Positions 38,012 through 48,097 of a stretch of DNA of 57,733 nt are shown piece after piece. Under the pieces are notes generated by a model that saw nothing but the letters and a program-made list of their open reading frames with translations, was not told the origin of the DNA and made no database searches. Numbering within the stretch: the stretch's first letter is position 1; each line of letters opens with the position of its first letter. The position numbers were made by a program, and so were the translations under genes. The DNA comes from Tolypothrix carrinoi HA7290-LM1 (GTDB taxonomy: Bacteria; Cyanobacteriota; Cyanobacteriia; Cyanobacteriales; Nostocaceae): assembly GCA_019358935.1 (NCBI GenBank), contig JAHHIK010000051.1:1-57733 (forward strand), given 5' to 3'.

Positions 38012-38278
38012 TTAACGTGTGCCAGTACCATGTTGACTATCAGGACTACCATTATTTGGCGGTTCGTAAATATCGCTACTTGATTCAGTATTTAAGTTTG
38101 TAGTATTTAATGTCTGAGAATTGCTCTCAATTACCCTAACACTATTAAACGACATACTGCTTAAAACTGCTGTTGCATCGGCAACTTTGGGGATTATCAA
38201 GGCAGAGCCAATACAAAATACTACAGCACTAGCAATTCTTAAACTTGTTTCTATTTGTCTCGGTATATTCCCTTGCAT
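38012..38278 (-). CDS. Small secreted protein/peptide precursor with C-terminal YEPPNNGSPDSQHGTGTR motif
   Basis: ATG, hydrophobic signal-like segment (IASAVVFCIGSALIIPKVADA), Ser/Asn/Thr-rich linker and a Pro/Gly C-terminal motif. Co-oriented downstream of the CHASE2 gene. Confidence 0.65.
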   Translation of the reverse strand: MQGNIPRQIETSLRIASAVVFCIGSALIIPKVADATAVLSSMSFNSVRVIESNSQTLNTTNLNTESSSDIYEPPNNGSPDSQHGTGTR

Positions 38279-38631
38279 TTTGATTTAATCCTGTTTTTTA
38301 TTATCTTCAAGAGTCTGATTAATTTTTTCGGTAAATAACTAAATTTTTATTTGCTATGTGTAAATAAAAAGCCGCGAGTACCTGACTGCTTAACTTCAAT
38401 TATTCTTAACATTTAATAAATATTCGCAAACTCCTGCTTTTGACATCAGCCAAAAGTTATATATATTTACAACTCTTTACTTGACTGATAGTGGTCTTGA
38501 CATCAACCAAAAGATATATATATTTACAAAGATTTAATTTTTAATGTGTATTTTTTTGACAAAATATTAATATTTTCCGAGTAAGCACTGTTGACTGTAA
38601 CACAAAATCGGGGAATGGGTAATGGGTAATG

Positions 38632-38888
38632 GTGAGCCAGCGCGGTCTTCTCCCTTTGGGAGAGGCTAGCGCCAAGGGGAGGCAGTGCGGTGGACGGGTT
38701 CCACAGGCTACAGCACCTGCCGTGGTCTCCCCCATGAGCGACTTCAGAACCCCGAAGGGGGTAATGGGGAATGGGCAATGGGAATTAAAAAAACTCAAGA
38801 ACGTAATGCGCGTTCTAATAGGATTCCTTCCATGCCCCATGACGGCAGATGCTTCAAGTCGGCAGAGCCGCCCAACGCACTGCCTCCC
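38632..38888. repeat. Composite palindromic repeat (copy of 15533-15662) plus a second small dispersed repeat in STRR arrays
   Basis: 38632-38760 is nearly identical to 15533-15662. 38840-38888 reads GACGGCAGATGCTTCAAGTCGGCAGAGCCGCCCAACGCACTGCCTCC. Confidence 0.85.
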
Positions 38889-38920
38889 CCATGCCCCATT
38901 CCCCATTCCCAATGCCCAAT

Positions 38921-41128
38921 TCAAGCAAATTCATAGCGGTTTTTACCTAAATGCTTGGCACGATACATCGCGGTATCTGCTCGTTTAACCAAAGTTTCGC
39001 AGTCGTGGCTGTTAATTGGATAAATACTGATGCCAATACTGGCGGAGACTCTGGTAGTATATTCGTCGAAAACAATTGGCTCGGTAATGGTTGTGAGAAT
39101 TTTTTCGGCGACTCTTGCTGCAACTTTTACATTAGGAATTGCGCGTAAAATCACGATAAATTCATCGCCACCCAAACGGCAAACGGTATCAGTGCCGCGC
39201 AAAGAGTTGTTCAGCCGTTGGGCAATCGTCACCAAGAGGCGATCGCCGATCTCGTGTCCAAAAGTATCATTAACTTGCTTAAAGCCATCTAAATCAATAA
39301 ACAGCAGTGCTAGTAACAAATTGTTACTTTGTGCCCACCCTAGCGACTCGTGAAGTTGTTCGGCGAAAGATTTGCGATTGGGTAGACCGGTGAGCGGATC
39401 GTGATAGGCAAGATAACGCATCTGGTCTTCTTTGCGTTTTAATTCATCGTTTGATTGGAATAACTTATCAGCAGTGTCCTGGAGTTGTTTTTCAAACAGC
39501 TTGCGTTGCGTAATATCACGAATGACTCCAACTAAAAATAAATTACCAGCGGCATCTTTGTGAAGCGATCGCTTAGTAGCAATCAGATGAGTCTTACCAA
39601 AAGCATCAGTAAATTCTTCTTCATTTTCTTGGGGTTCTTGACTGCAAAGCACCAGATTATCATGTTGGCGAAAAACATCAGCTTCATCTTTCGGGAAAAA
39701 GTCATAGTCTGACTTTTCAATTAACATAGTTTTCGGATAACCGAGAAATTGACAATACGCCTCATTTAAAACAATCCATTGATGTTTTTCATTTTTGACA
39801 AAAATTGGGTCAGGAATCGTATTAATCACTTGTCCTAAAAAATCTTTAGAGCGCTTTAACTCTTCTTGCATGTGGGCAAGTTGATAAGTCAGCACAACAG
39901 CTGAACTGCAAAAGGTAAGCAACCCAGGTAAGATTGGTATCCACCAACCATCAAGAAAAGCAACATAAGCATAACCAGTTAGTACCAAACAACAAAAAAC
40001 TATACTTAAGGCACTAATACAAGGGCGTTGTATTCGCCGTCTGGTAGCAACTCCCAAATAAGCCCAAGCGAAAATCCACAAACATTCGATTTCATCAGAC
40101 CAAACTTTTAGTAAAGGTCGTCCTTTCAGGGCGGCTGCGATCAACTCACTGATAAAATAGGCTTGTAATTCGATGCCAGCTACAGGCTGAACCGTCCCCA
40201 ACAAACGGCTAGAGTATGGTATTAACACATCATCTGGGAGACTGGGGGCAGTCGAACCAATTAGCACAATCGAATCGCTAATCCAGTCTTCTCGTACTCG
40301 GTTAGCTAGCACATCTATAAGAGAAATCTGACGAAAAGGACAGGATTCTTGCAAGTTTTTGCAGGCTGGTTTGGGAAAGTTAGATAAAATTTGGTAGCCT
40401 CTAGCATCAGCTTCTACATAGCCACCATGATTCGGTTCAAAACGATGAAATACTGCTTGACCCAACTGCAAATAATCATGATTGCTGGCTGCTTTTTTGG
40501 GAGTAATACCTTCGTTATTTAAATATAGTAAAGCCAGCTTCAATGCAAAACTTTCATGTAATTTACGATTGATGTCGTGCCAATACAACAAGCTGCGACG
40601 TACTTTGCCATCACCATCTAACACCACATTATTAAAACCAACTTGATCGCGATCGCTTAGTTCTCGTGGTGCGGAAACAATAGTATTTTTGTTATGTCCC
40701 AGTAATTCAATGCCAACCAAGTTTGGTATCGACTTATAAGCCTCAACTAGATTAGAATGTCCTGGCTCAACTGGCAAATCTCTATATATATCTAAACCAA
40801 TAGCACGAGGTTTGTGGACTTTTAGTTTCTCTAATAGTTCTGCGATCTCCTTATCTGGAATGGGCCAAGATTTTACTTGGCGCAAAGAAGCTTCATCAAT
40901 CGCTACAATAGTAATACGGTTTTCTTCAGCTTCATCTGGACGTAAGCGGAAAAATTGATCTAAGGTTGCCCACTCTAAGGATTGCAATAACCCGAAAGAC
41001 CGCAAAACTAAGATGCAGACTGCTACGCAGAAGGCAGTAATCAATTCCCTGTATTTTCTACCAAGCGTTTTTTTGCGTCTAAATAGTAATTTCACAAAAC
41101 GCTTGCCTAGCTGCTTACTCATTCCCAT
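38921..41128 (-). CDS. CHASE2-PAS-GGDEF diguanylate cyclase
   Basis: CHASE2 (ITIVAIDE..L…WPIPD…PRAIGLDIYRD, GFNNVVLDGDGKVRR, IVLIGSTA), three TM helices, PAS (IPDPIFVKN…IRDITQRK), HDPLTGLPNR, DLDGFKQVNDTFGH, I-site RGTD and an intact GGDEF. Confidence 0.93.
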   Translation of the reverse strand: MGMSKQLGKRFVKLLFRRKKTLGRKYRELITAFCVAVCILVLRSFGLLQSLEWATLDQFFRLRPDEAEENRITIVAIDEASLRQVKSWPIPDKEIAELLEKLKVHKPRAIGLDIYRDLPVEPGHSNLVEAYKSIPNLVGIELLGHNKNTIVSAPRELSDRDQVGFNNVVLDGDGKVRRSLLYWHDINRKLHESFALKLALLYLNNEGITPKKAASNHDYLQLGQAVFHRFEPNHGGYVEADARGYQILSNFPKPACKNLQESCPFRQISLIDVLANRVREDWISDSIVLIGSTAPSLPDDVLIPYSSRLLGTVQPVAGIELQAYFISELIAAALKGRPLLKVWSDEIECLWIFAWAYLGVATRRRIQRPCISALSIVFCCLVLTGYAYVAFLDGWWIPILPGLLTFCSSAVVLTYQLAHMQEELKRSKDFLGQVINTIPDPIFVKNEKHQWIVLNEAYCQFLGYPKTMLIEKSDYDFFPKDEADVFRQHDNLVLCSQEPQENEEEFTDAFGKTHLIATKRSLHKDAAGNLFLVGVIRDITQRKLFEKQLQDTADKLFQSNDELKRKEDQMRYLAYHDPLTGLPNRKSFAEQLHESLGWAQSNNLLLALLFIDLDGFKQVNDTFGHEIGDRLLVTIAQRLNNSLRGTDTVCRLGGDEFIVILRAIPNVKVAARVAEKILTTITEPIVFDEYTTRVSASIGISIYPINSHDCETLVKRADTAMYRAKHLGKNRYEFA

Positions 41129-41340
41129 TACCTAATTGGGACAAATATTCTCTCTTGACTGTAGTTATAAGCTACCTAATATATGTAGCTTACACACAAG
41201 TCAATTATGCATTTTCAAAAAGACAACACGCTTATGTTTTACCATTCAATTATGCAACCATCACGCATAGTAACGCTGGCTTTGATAACAATTCTGTTCT
41301 TTAAGTATAAATACTTGAAAAATATATCAAAACAAACACA

Positions 41341-41389
41341 AAAAAGTCAACTAAAAGCAAATATGTCGGCTGCATTCAGTTGACTTTTT
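41341..41389 (-). terminator. Probable intrinsic (possibly bidirectional) terminator after the VKOR gene
   Basis: Inverted repeat AAAAAGTCAACT…AGTTGACTTTTT with T-tracts on both strands, ~40 bp downstream of the VKOR stop. Confidence 0.5.
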
Positions 41390-41430
41390 CAGGTGAAACC
41401 AAATCACCGAAAATAAACTTGTCGAAACAA

Positions 41431-42423
41431 TTACCTAAAATACTTGAAATTCACAGGACCTGTGTAACCAGAATTTGTTGCTAGTTCCTGCAAGTTTTGC
41501 ACTCCTGCATAGCTTTTACCATTGATGATCCAAGTAGGGAAACTTTCAACTTTAGCGGCTTTACACAATTCTGGTTTACCTTTTGGACTATCGTTAGCAC
41601 ATTCAACTTTGACATTATTGGTCTCGATTTCTTTGTAAGCTTCTTTACCAAAAAGTTGCTTCTGTTCGTGGCAGTGAGGACACCAATAAGCAACGTATTC
41701 TTTAGCACCTATTTTCGCCAAATGGCGTGCTAGCGCTAATTCTGATTCACCAGATTTGGTGGTGATTTCCCAACCGAATTCGGGATTCGGCGCTACTGTT
41801 GGCGTAAAGCTAATTTGTACAGGTTTGCCGTCAGTTGATTCAGCGATCGCACCTGATGGATTGACACCAGCATAAACGCCTAAAGTGCCAATTAGCGTCA
41901 CCATGCCAACAATAATTGCGGTAAAAAATATTTGTCCCAAATCTTCCCAAACATGACCGATAAGCGTCAGCACCAAAAGACTCAGAGAAAATAAAGCTGA
42001 ACCAATACAGTAAGGACAAACAGCTTTAAGTTGGAAGAAAAGCACGTACATTAAGTAGCCACTGAAAACTGTCATAGCGATCGCTCCTGCCAGCAGCAGC
42101 AACCATGTGACATTTTCCAGCTTTTGACGCTTGTCTTTATTTTCGGCTCCTTTAATTACCAAGGGAGCCAAAGCAAATATCAACATGCTAGTGTATGCCA
42201 AAAATCCAAACAGAGCTAATGGCTGACCAAAAACTGTTCCCCAAGGACTAGAAAGAACATCATTACAGCCTTTAACACCAGCCTGTGCGACACAATTGGC
42301 ATTGCCTCCGGTTAACTTTTCAAACGTGAGATAAGCTGTGGTCAAGGCACCACATGCAGCGATCGCGGCAATCAAGATACGCGACCATCTTTGAATCCAA
42401 GGTGTAGAACGACGGCGAATCAT
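41431..42423 (-). CDS. Vitamin K epoxide reductase (VKOR)-thioredoxin fusion
   Basis: Loop cysteines C…GCNDVLSSPW, TM CPYC, thioredoxin-like WCPHC, C…C and FPTW. Confidence 0.92.
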   Translation of the reverse strand: MIRRRSTPWIQRWSRILIAAIAACGALTTAYLTFEKLTGGNANCVAQAGVKGCNDVLSSPWGTVFGQPLALFGFLAYTSMLIFALAPLVIKGAENKDKRQKLENVTWLLLLAGAIAMTVFSGYLMYVLFFQLKAVCPYCIGSALFSLSLLVLTLIGHVWEDLGQIFFTAIIVGMVTLIGTLGVYAGVNPSGAIAESTDGKPVQISFTPTVAPNPEFGWEITTKSGESELALARHLAKIGAKEYVAYWCPHCHEQKQLFGKEAYKEIETNNVKVECANDSPKGKPELCKAAKVESFPTWIINGKSYAGVQNLQELATNSGYTGPVNFKYFR

Positions 42424-42677
42424 AACCTAAACAATGGTGAATGGGTGATGGGCATCGGGCAATGGGCATTGGGCATTGGGCATCGGGAATTGGTAATCAG
42501 AGATGACGCGGCTATGCGTGACAAAGACGCTGCTTTGAACAACGAGGGAAAATACGCACGGCGCTGGCTTCCCCATGCCCCATGTCCCATGCCCCATGAC
42601 GGCAGATGCGTGACTGTCGGCAGAGCCGCCCAACGCACTGCCTCCCCCATGCCCCATGCCCCATGCCCTATTACCCA

Positions 42678-43514
42678 TTACCCAATTAAAATTGATTTTT
42701 TTTCCGCCTTAGAGTTCCAACTCCGATGTGCGGCTTCGACAAATTGACTTACGCGAATCGGGTCAATTGGTTGCTCGATACGACCGTGGCGTTTTAGAGA
42801 ACTGGAAACAATCACACCATCTGCTGCCTGCAACAGTGTAGCAATATTTTCCCAACTCGCCCCACTACCGATAAATACCGGGGTATCATTTGCTGCACCC
42901 GAAGCTAATTCTAAATCTTCTTCGTTCGGAGGACTACCAGTAGCCCAACCGGACAAAATCACGGCGTCTGCTAAACCCCTCTCAATTGTATCTTTCACGG
43001 CGACGGTGAGATTTGGGGAACTTAAAGGACGGGCGTGTTTGACCAACACATCAGCAAAAATTTTCACATCGCTGCCTAACTCCCGTCGATAGCGCAATAA
43101 TTGATGTGCTTCACCTTCAATTAATCCTTGATCGGTTGCCATGACGCCTGTGAGGACGTTGACGCGGATAAATTGCGCCCGGACACAGGTAGCGATCGCC
43201 ATCGCACTTAATCCATCATTCCGCAAAACATTTAACCCGATAGGCAGCGTCACCAAATTCTGTATCCGCTGCACCACCACAGTCATGGCACTCACAACCG
43301 CCGGATCTACTTTATTTTTGGTAAACGGCGCATCGAAAAAGTTTTCTACAATAATCCCGTCAACACCTCCACTCGCCAGGGCTGTTGCTTCTTGTTCGGC
43401 GCGGTCAATTACCGCTTTTAGGCTACCTCCCCAACGGGGGGAAGTCAGCAGCGGTAGTAGGTGAACTACGCCAATAATCGGTGTTTTGGTTTTAAATAGC
43501 TGATATAAGTCCAC
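42678..43514 (-). CDS. btpA: Photosystem I biogenesis protein BtpA
   Basis: IIGVVHL, GGVDGIIVENFFDAPF, GLNVLRND, ADVLVKHA, SGWATG. Confidence 0.92.
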   Translation of the reverse strand: MDLYQLFKTKTPIIGVVHLLPLLTSPRWGGSLKAVIDRAEQEATALASGGVDGIIVENFFDAPFTKNKVDPAVVSAMTVVVQRIQNLVTLPIGLNVLRNDGLSAMAIATCVRAQFIRVNVLTGVMATDQGLIEGEAHQLLRYRRELGSDVKIFADVLVKHARPLSSPNLTVAVKDTIERGLADAVILSGWATGSPPNEEDLELASGAANDTPVFIGSGASWENIATLLQAADGVIVSSSLKRHGRIEQPIDPIRVSQFVEAAHRSWNSKAEKKSILIG

Positions 43515-43564
43515 GTCTTTAACCCGCTTTGCTCCAGTCCAAAGTCAATAGTCTATCGGGAATA

Positions 43565-43790
43565 GGGCATGGGGCATCGGGCATGGGGCATCGGGCATGG
43601 GGCATCGGGCATGGGGCATCGGGCATGGGGCATCGGGCATGGGGCATAGTCCTTTGTGAAATACGCGATCGCTTCTTTTTATTCCCATTGCCCATTGCCC
43701 ATTGCCCATTGCCCATTGCCCATTGCCCATTGCCCATTGCCCATTGCCCATTGCCCATTGCCCATTGCCCATTACCCATTACCAATTGCC
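43565..43790. repeat. Convergent STRR heptamer arrays (GGGCATG/GGGCATC and CCCATTG)
   Basis: About 12 GGGCAT(G/C) units, then about 13 GCCCATT units, which together form an imperfect long inverted repeat. Confidence 0.9.
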
Positions 43791-44390
43791 CATTAACTCA
43801 TTACCAATGACTGATGACAAATTTGTTTAAAACAGTTTGTTTTACTGCCTCCCCCTTGAGATGGAAATTGCCGTAAAACATTCCATAAGATATGTTAAGA
43901 TAAAAACTGGCTACAAGAGGAGTTTGCCACTCACAAAACGCGAGGCACTTTCAAAGTAGTTTAGGTGTTTCGCCTCCACATCCTGGAAACGCAATACCTG
44001 AGCGCAAGGTGAGCTTACCGTACAGGCGTAGTCGCGAGTTGCGATTTCCCAAAGGGCGAGCGACTTCTCACAACCAGCCCTTAGGGCGGCTTCCCGATGG
44101 GTAAATTAACAACCCACACCCTGCGGTAGTGTAAAATACAACAGGTTATTTGTTAAAATATATTAAAAGTGTTCTATTTATCCGAAGACACTTTAGTTTT
44201 ACCCTAGGAAACAGATTAATAAGAATATCATAGCATGAGCTCTATTTACTAATTAGAGTCACAGTAATGCTGGGCAATTGAGTGTGTCAATCGCCTTTAG
44301 TGTCTAAGAACAAGGGTGTGTATGACTAAGAACTCACAAAACGCGATCTAGTAGTTGAGTGTTGAACAAACAAAGAAAATTCTTTATAAT

Positions 44391-45728
44391 ATGGGTGATA
44401 AGCCAACAATTGCAATTTCTCACCTGGGCTGCGAGAAAAATCGAATTGACACAGAACACATGTTAGGACTGCTGGTAGAAGCAGGCTATGGTGTAGATAG
44501 TAATGAAGATTTAGCAGATTACGTTATTGTCAATACTTGTAGTTTTATTGAAGCGGCAAGAGAAGAATCGGTAAAGACATTAGTAGAACTGGCGGAAGCG
44601 AATAAAAAAATCGTGATCGCAGGTTGTATGGCGCAGCACTTCCAAGCGCAGTTATTGTCAGAGTTGCCGGAAGCAGTAGCGGTAGTAGGTACTGGCGATT
44701 ATCACAAAATAGTTGATGTAATTAAGCGGGTACAATCCGGAGAACGAGTCAAGCTTGTTAGTGCCGAACCGACCTATATTGCTGATGAAACCACACCGCG
44801 CTATCGGACGACAAGCGAGGGTGTAGCCTACCTGCGGGTAGCGGAAGGATGTGATTATCGATGTGCGTTTTGTATCATTCCTTATCTGCGGGGAAATCAG
44901 CGATCGCGTACTATTGAATCGATTGTCAAAGAAGCGCAACAGCTAGCGAGTCAAGGTGTAAAAGAAATAATTTTAATTTCCCAAATCACCACCAATTATG
45001 GATTAGATATCTACGGCGAGCCAAAATTAGCGGAATTACTTCGCGCTTTGGCAAAAGTAGATGTACCGTGGATAAGGATGCACTACGCTTATCCGACCGG
45101 ATTGACTCCAGAAGCGATTAAAGCGATAAAAGAAACACCTAACGTATTACCTTATTTAGATTTGCCCTTGCAACATTCCCATCCAGAAGTTCTGCGTGCC
45201 ATGAACCGTCCTTGGCAAGGACGGGTAAATGATGGGATCATTGAGCGCATTAAAACCGCGCTACCACAAGCAGTACTGCGGACAACATTTATAGTTGGCT
45301 ATCCTGGGGAAACACAAGAGCATTTCGAGCATCTGCTACAGTTCGTCCAGCGGCATGAATTCGATCACGTTGGTGTCTTTACGTTTTCCCCAGAGGAAGG
45401 AACTCCTGCTTATAACTTACCAAATCAATTGCCCCAAGAATTGATGGAGGAACGCCGTTCAGCATTGATGGAACTACAAATGCCGATTTCTTGGAAGAAA
45501 AATCAACAGGAAGTAGGCAAAGTTGTTGATGTGCTGATTGAGCAACAAAATCCGGAAACTCAAGAATTAATCGGTCGTTCTGGGAGATTTTCTCCAGAAG
45601 TCGATGGACAGGTATATGTAAAAGGCGAAGCGAAGCTAGGAGAGATTTTCCCAGTCGCGATCCACAGCGCTGATACATATGACCTTTATGGTCAAGTTGT
45701 CAATACTAACAAGTTAAGTGTCGGTTAA
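44391..45728 (+). CDS. rimO: Ribosomal protein S12 methylthiotransferase RimO
   Basis: [37 protein letters not shown]-terminal TRAM domain (PEVDG). Confidence 0.95.
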   Translation: MGDKPTIAISHLGCEKNRIDTEHMLGLLVEAGYGVDSNEDLADYVIVNTCSFIEAAREESVKTLVELAEANKKIVIAGCMAQHFQAQLLSELPEAVAVVGTGDYHKIVDVIKRVQSGERVKLVSAEPTYIADETTPRYRTTSEGVAYLRVAEGCDYRCAFCIIPYLRGNQRSRTIESIVKEAQQLASQGVKEIILISQITTNYGLDIYGEPKLAELLRALAKVDVPWIRMHYAYPTGLTPEAIKAIKETPNVLPYLDLPLQHSHPEVLRAMNRPWQGRVNDGIIERIKTALPQAVLRTTFIVGYPGETQEHFEHLLQFVQRHEFDHVGVFTFSPEEGTPAYNLPNQLPQELMEERRSALMELQMPISWKKNQQEVGKVVDVLIEQQNPETQELIGRSGRFSPEVDGQVYVKGEAKLGEIFPVAIHSADTYDLYGQVVNTNKLSVG

Positions 45729-45762
45729 AGAGTCCAAATCAAAATAAATCTTAGGAGAATTA

Positions 45763-47295
45763 ATGAATCTTTTTGCAGAATTAGGTATTTCTACCGAACG
45801 CGCTGAACAACTAGAAAAACTAGGTTTCACTACACCAACCAATATTCAAGCGCAAGCAATTCCTCAACTATTAGCCGGTCGTGATGTCGTCGGTCAATCT
45901 CAAACAGGAACAGGCAAAACCGCAGCATTTTCCCTGCCGATTTTAGAACAGCTAGATGTGAATCACAGAGCTGTGCAAGCCATAGTTTTGACTCCAACTC
46001 GTGAATTGGCAATGCAAGTTCACGACGCGATCGAGCAATTTATTGGTAATGATGGATTGCGCGTGTTGGCAATTTATGGAGGTCAATCAATTGAGCGCCA
46101 AATTTCCCAACTCAAGCGCGGAGTTCACATGGTCGTGGGTACACCAGGACGTGTGATAGACTTGCTCGATCGCGGCTGTTTGAAGCTCGATAGTGTGAAG
46201 TGGTTTGTGTTAGATGAAGCCGATGAAATGTTGAGCATGGGCTTTATCGACGATGTAGAGAAAATTCTCTCACAAGCACCCAAAGAACGGCAAACAGCTT
46301 TATTCTCGGCGACAATGCCACCTTCGATTCGCTCGTTGGTAAACAGATTTTTAGTATCGCCTGCGACAGTCACAGTCGAACAGCCAAAAGCCGCACCAAA
46401 TAAAATCAATCAAGTAGCTTACTTGATTCCCCGTCACTGGACAAAAGCTAAAGCTTTACAACCGATTCTGGAAATGGAAGATCCAGAAACAGCTTTAATC
46501 TTTGTCCGCACCCGACGCACAGCCGCCGAACTCACCAGTCAATTGCAAGGAGCCGGTCATAGTGTCGATGAATACCACGGTGACTTGTCGCAACAAGCGC
46601 GGGAACGTTTATTAAGCAGGTTCCGCAATCGTCAGGTGCGCTGGGTGGTAGCAACTGATATAGCGGCACGCGGTTTGGATGTCGATCAACTATCGCACGT
46701 CATCAACTTCGACTTACCCGATAGCCCAGAAACCTACGTCCACAGAATTGGTCGGACAGGTCGCGCTGGTAAAGAAGGAACCGCAATATCTTTAGTGCAG
46801 CCGTTTGAAAGACGCAAGCAGCAAGGTTTTGAGCGCCATGTGCGCCAAAGCTGGCACGTATTAACGATTCCCACACGCGCTCAAATTGAAGCGCGACACA
46901 TCGACAAATTGCAAGAACAAGTGCGGGAAGCCTTAACTGGCGAACGTCTGGCTTCATTTTTGCCGATTGTCAGCGAATTAATTGAAAAATACGATGCTCA
47001 AGCGATCGCAGCTGCTGCATTGCAAATCGCTTACGATGAAACTCGTCCCGCTTGGCTGCAACAATCAGAAGCTGACATTCCTTCTGAAGATATGTCCACC
47101 CCCAAGCCGAAGTTGGTTAAGCGTCGTGAAGGTTCAAGCGATCGCCCGCGTACTTCTTGGAATAAATCTGATGGTAACACTGAAGAAGAAAGACGCGGTA
47201 CTCCCAAGCCCAAACCTCGCATCACCCGTCGCAGCGATGTTTCGATGACACCGAAAAAGCTTGGTTCACCTACAGCGAGAGAATCTGCTTCTTAA
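45763..47295 (+). CDS. crhR: DEAD-box RNA helicase (CrhR/CrhB type)
   Basis: QTGTGKT, PTRELA, TPGR, DEAD, SAT, ARGLD, HRIGRTGR. Follows rimO as in the known rimO-crhR operon. Confidence 0.9.
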   Translation: MNLFAELGISTERAEQLEKLGFTTPTNIQAQAIPQLLAGRDVVGQSQTGTGKTAAFSLPILEQLDVNHRAVQAIVLTPTRELAMQVHDAIEQFIGNDGLRVLAIYGGQSIERQISQLKRGVHMVVGTPGRVIDLLDRGCLKLDSVKWFVLDEADEMLSMGFIDDVEKILSQAPKERQTALFSATMPPSIRSLVNRFLVSPATVTVEQPKAAPNKINQVAYLIPRHWTKAKALQPILEMEDPETALIFVRTRRTAAELTSQLQGAGHSVDEYHGDLSQQARERLLSRFRNRQVRWVVATDIAARGLDVDQLSHVINFDLPDSPETYVHRIGRTGRAGKEGTAISLVQPFERRKQQGFERHVRQSWHVLTIPTRAQIEARHIDKLQEQVREALTGERLASFLPIVSELIEKYDAQAIAAAALQIAYDETRPAWLQQSEADIPSEDMSTPKPKLVKRREGSSDRPRTSWNKSDGNTEEERRGTPKPKPRITRRSDVSMTPKKLGSPTARESAS

Positions 47296-47401
47296 TTAAA
47301 AGTTAGGAGTTAAAAGTTAGGAGTTAGGAGTTAGGAGTTAGGAATATAACTCTTAACTCTTAACTATTAATGATGGGGACAGAAGCATTCTCGGTGGTTT
47401 T

Positions 47402-47974
47402 ATGTTTACTATTACAGACTTAGAGCAACTGCAAGCCGAACATCCAGAATGGCAGATGGAACTGGTTGATGGAAGCATGTTGGTTATGGGTCTATCTGAT
47501 TACGAGTCAGAGGAAATAATTTCCGAGTTTGCGCGACTACTTGCTAACTGGGTGCGTCCACGAAGATTAGGACGAGTTACAGGTTCTTCGGCTGGTTTTA
47601 TTTTGCCAAGCTTAGAAGACGTAGAAGAAGCTGATAAATTAAAGATAAATTTACGCGCTCCGGATGTATCTTTTGTTCGTGCCGATCGCCTGAAAAGAAC
47701 TAAGCGCGATTTTGTGGAATTAGTACCAGACTTGATGGTTGAAGTCAAATCTAAAAGCGACCGCATCAAAACGCTACAAGAAAAGATTCAACTATTTTTG
47801 CAACTTGGATCGACTGTGGGTATCTTAATTGACCCTGACGAATTGACGTTAACAGTTTACCGACTCAACCAAGAACCGATAATTTTACAAGATAACGACA
47901 AGTTGACTTTACCAGATTTATTACCGGGTTGGGAGCTAACAGTATCAGAACTGTGGCCCCCTGTGTTTGAATAA
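47402..47974 (+). CDS. Uma2-family (DUF820) PD-(D/E)XK endonuclease-like protein
   Basis: ELVDG, RAPDVSF, PDLMVEVKSKSD, LIDP, LLPGW. Confidence 0.88.
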   Translation: MFTITDLEQLQAEHPEWQMELVDGSMLVMGLSDYESEEIISEFARLLANWVRPRRLGRVTGSSAGFILPSLEDVEEADKLKINLRAPDVSFVRADRLKRTKRDFVELVPDLMVEVKSKSDRIKTLQEKIQLFLQLGSTVGILIDPDELTLTVYRLNQEPIILQDNDKLTLPDLLPGWELTVSELWPPVFE

Positions 47975-48097
47975 TTAAGAAGCGTTTTTAAACGCAGAGG
48001 AGCGCAAAGGTAAGCGCAGAGGTGAATCAGTCGGCGGAGTCGGTTTCCGTCCCGTCGAACTGATGAACCCGAAGGGGTCGCAGAGTTTTATCTGTAC

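Noticed and set aside
42391..43810. Short ORFs with MGNGQWA/PMPHA/IAHCPLP repeats (also near 8561, 38524-38988, 51752-52200 and 53346-53724)
   Set aside because: They are artefacts of stop-free heptamer arrays, with no coding evidence.
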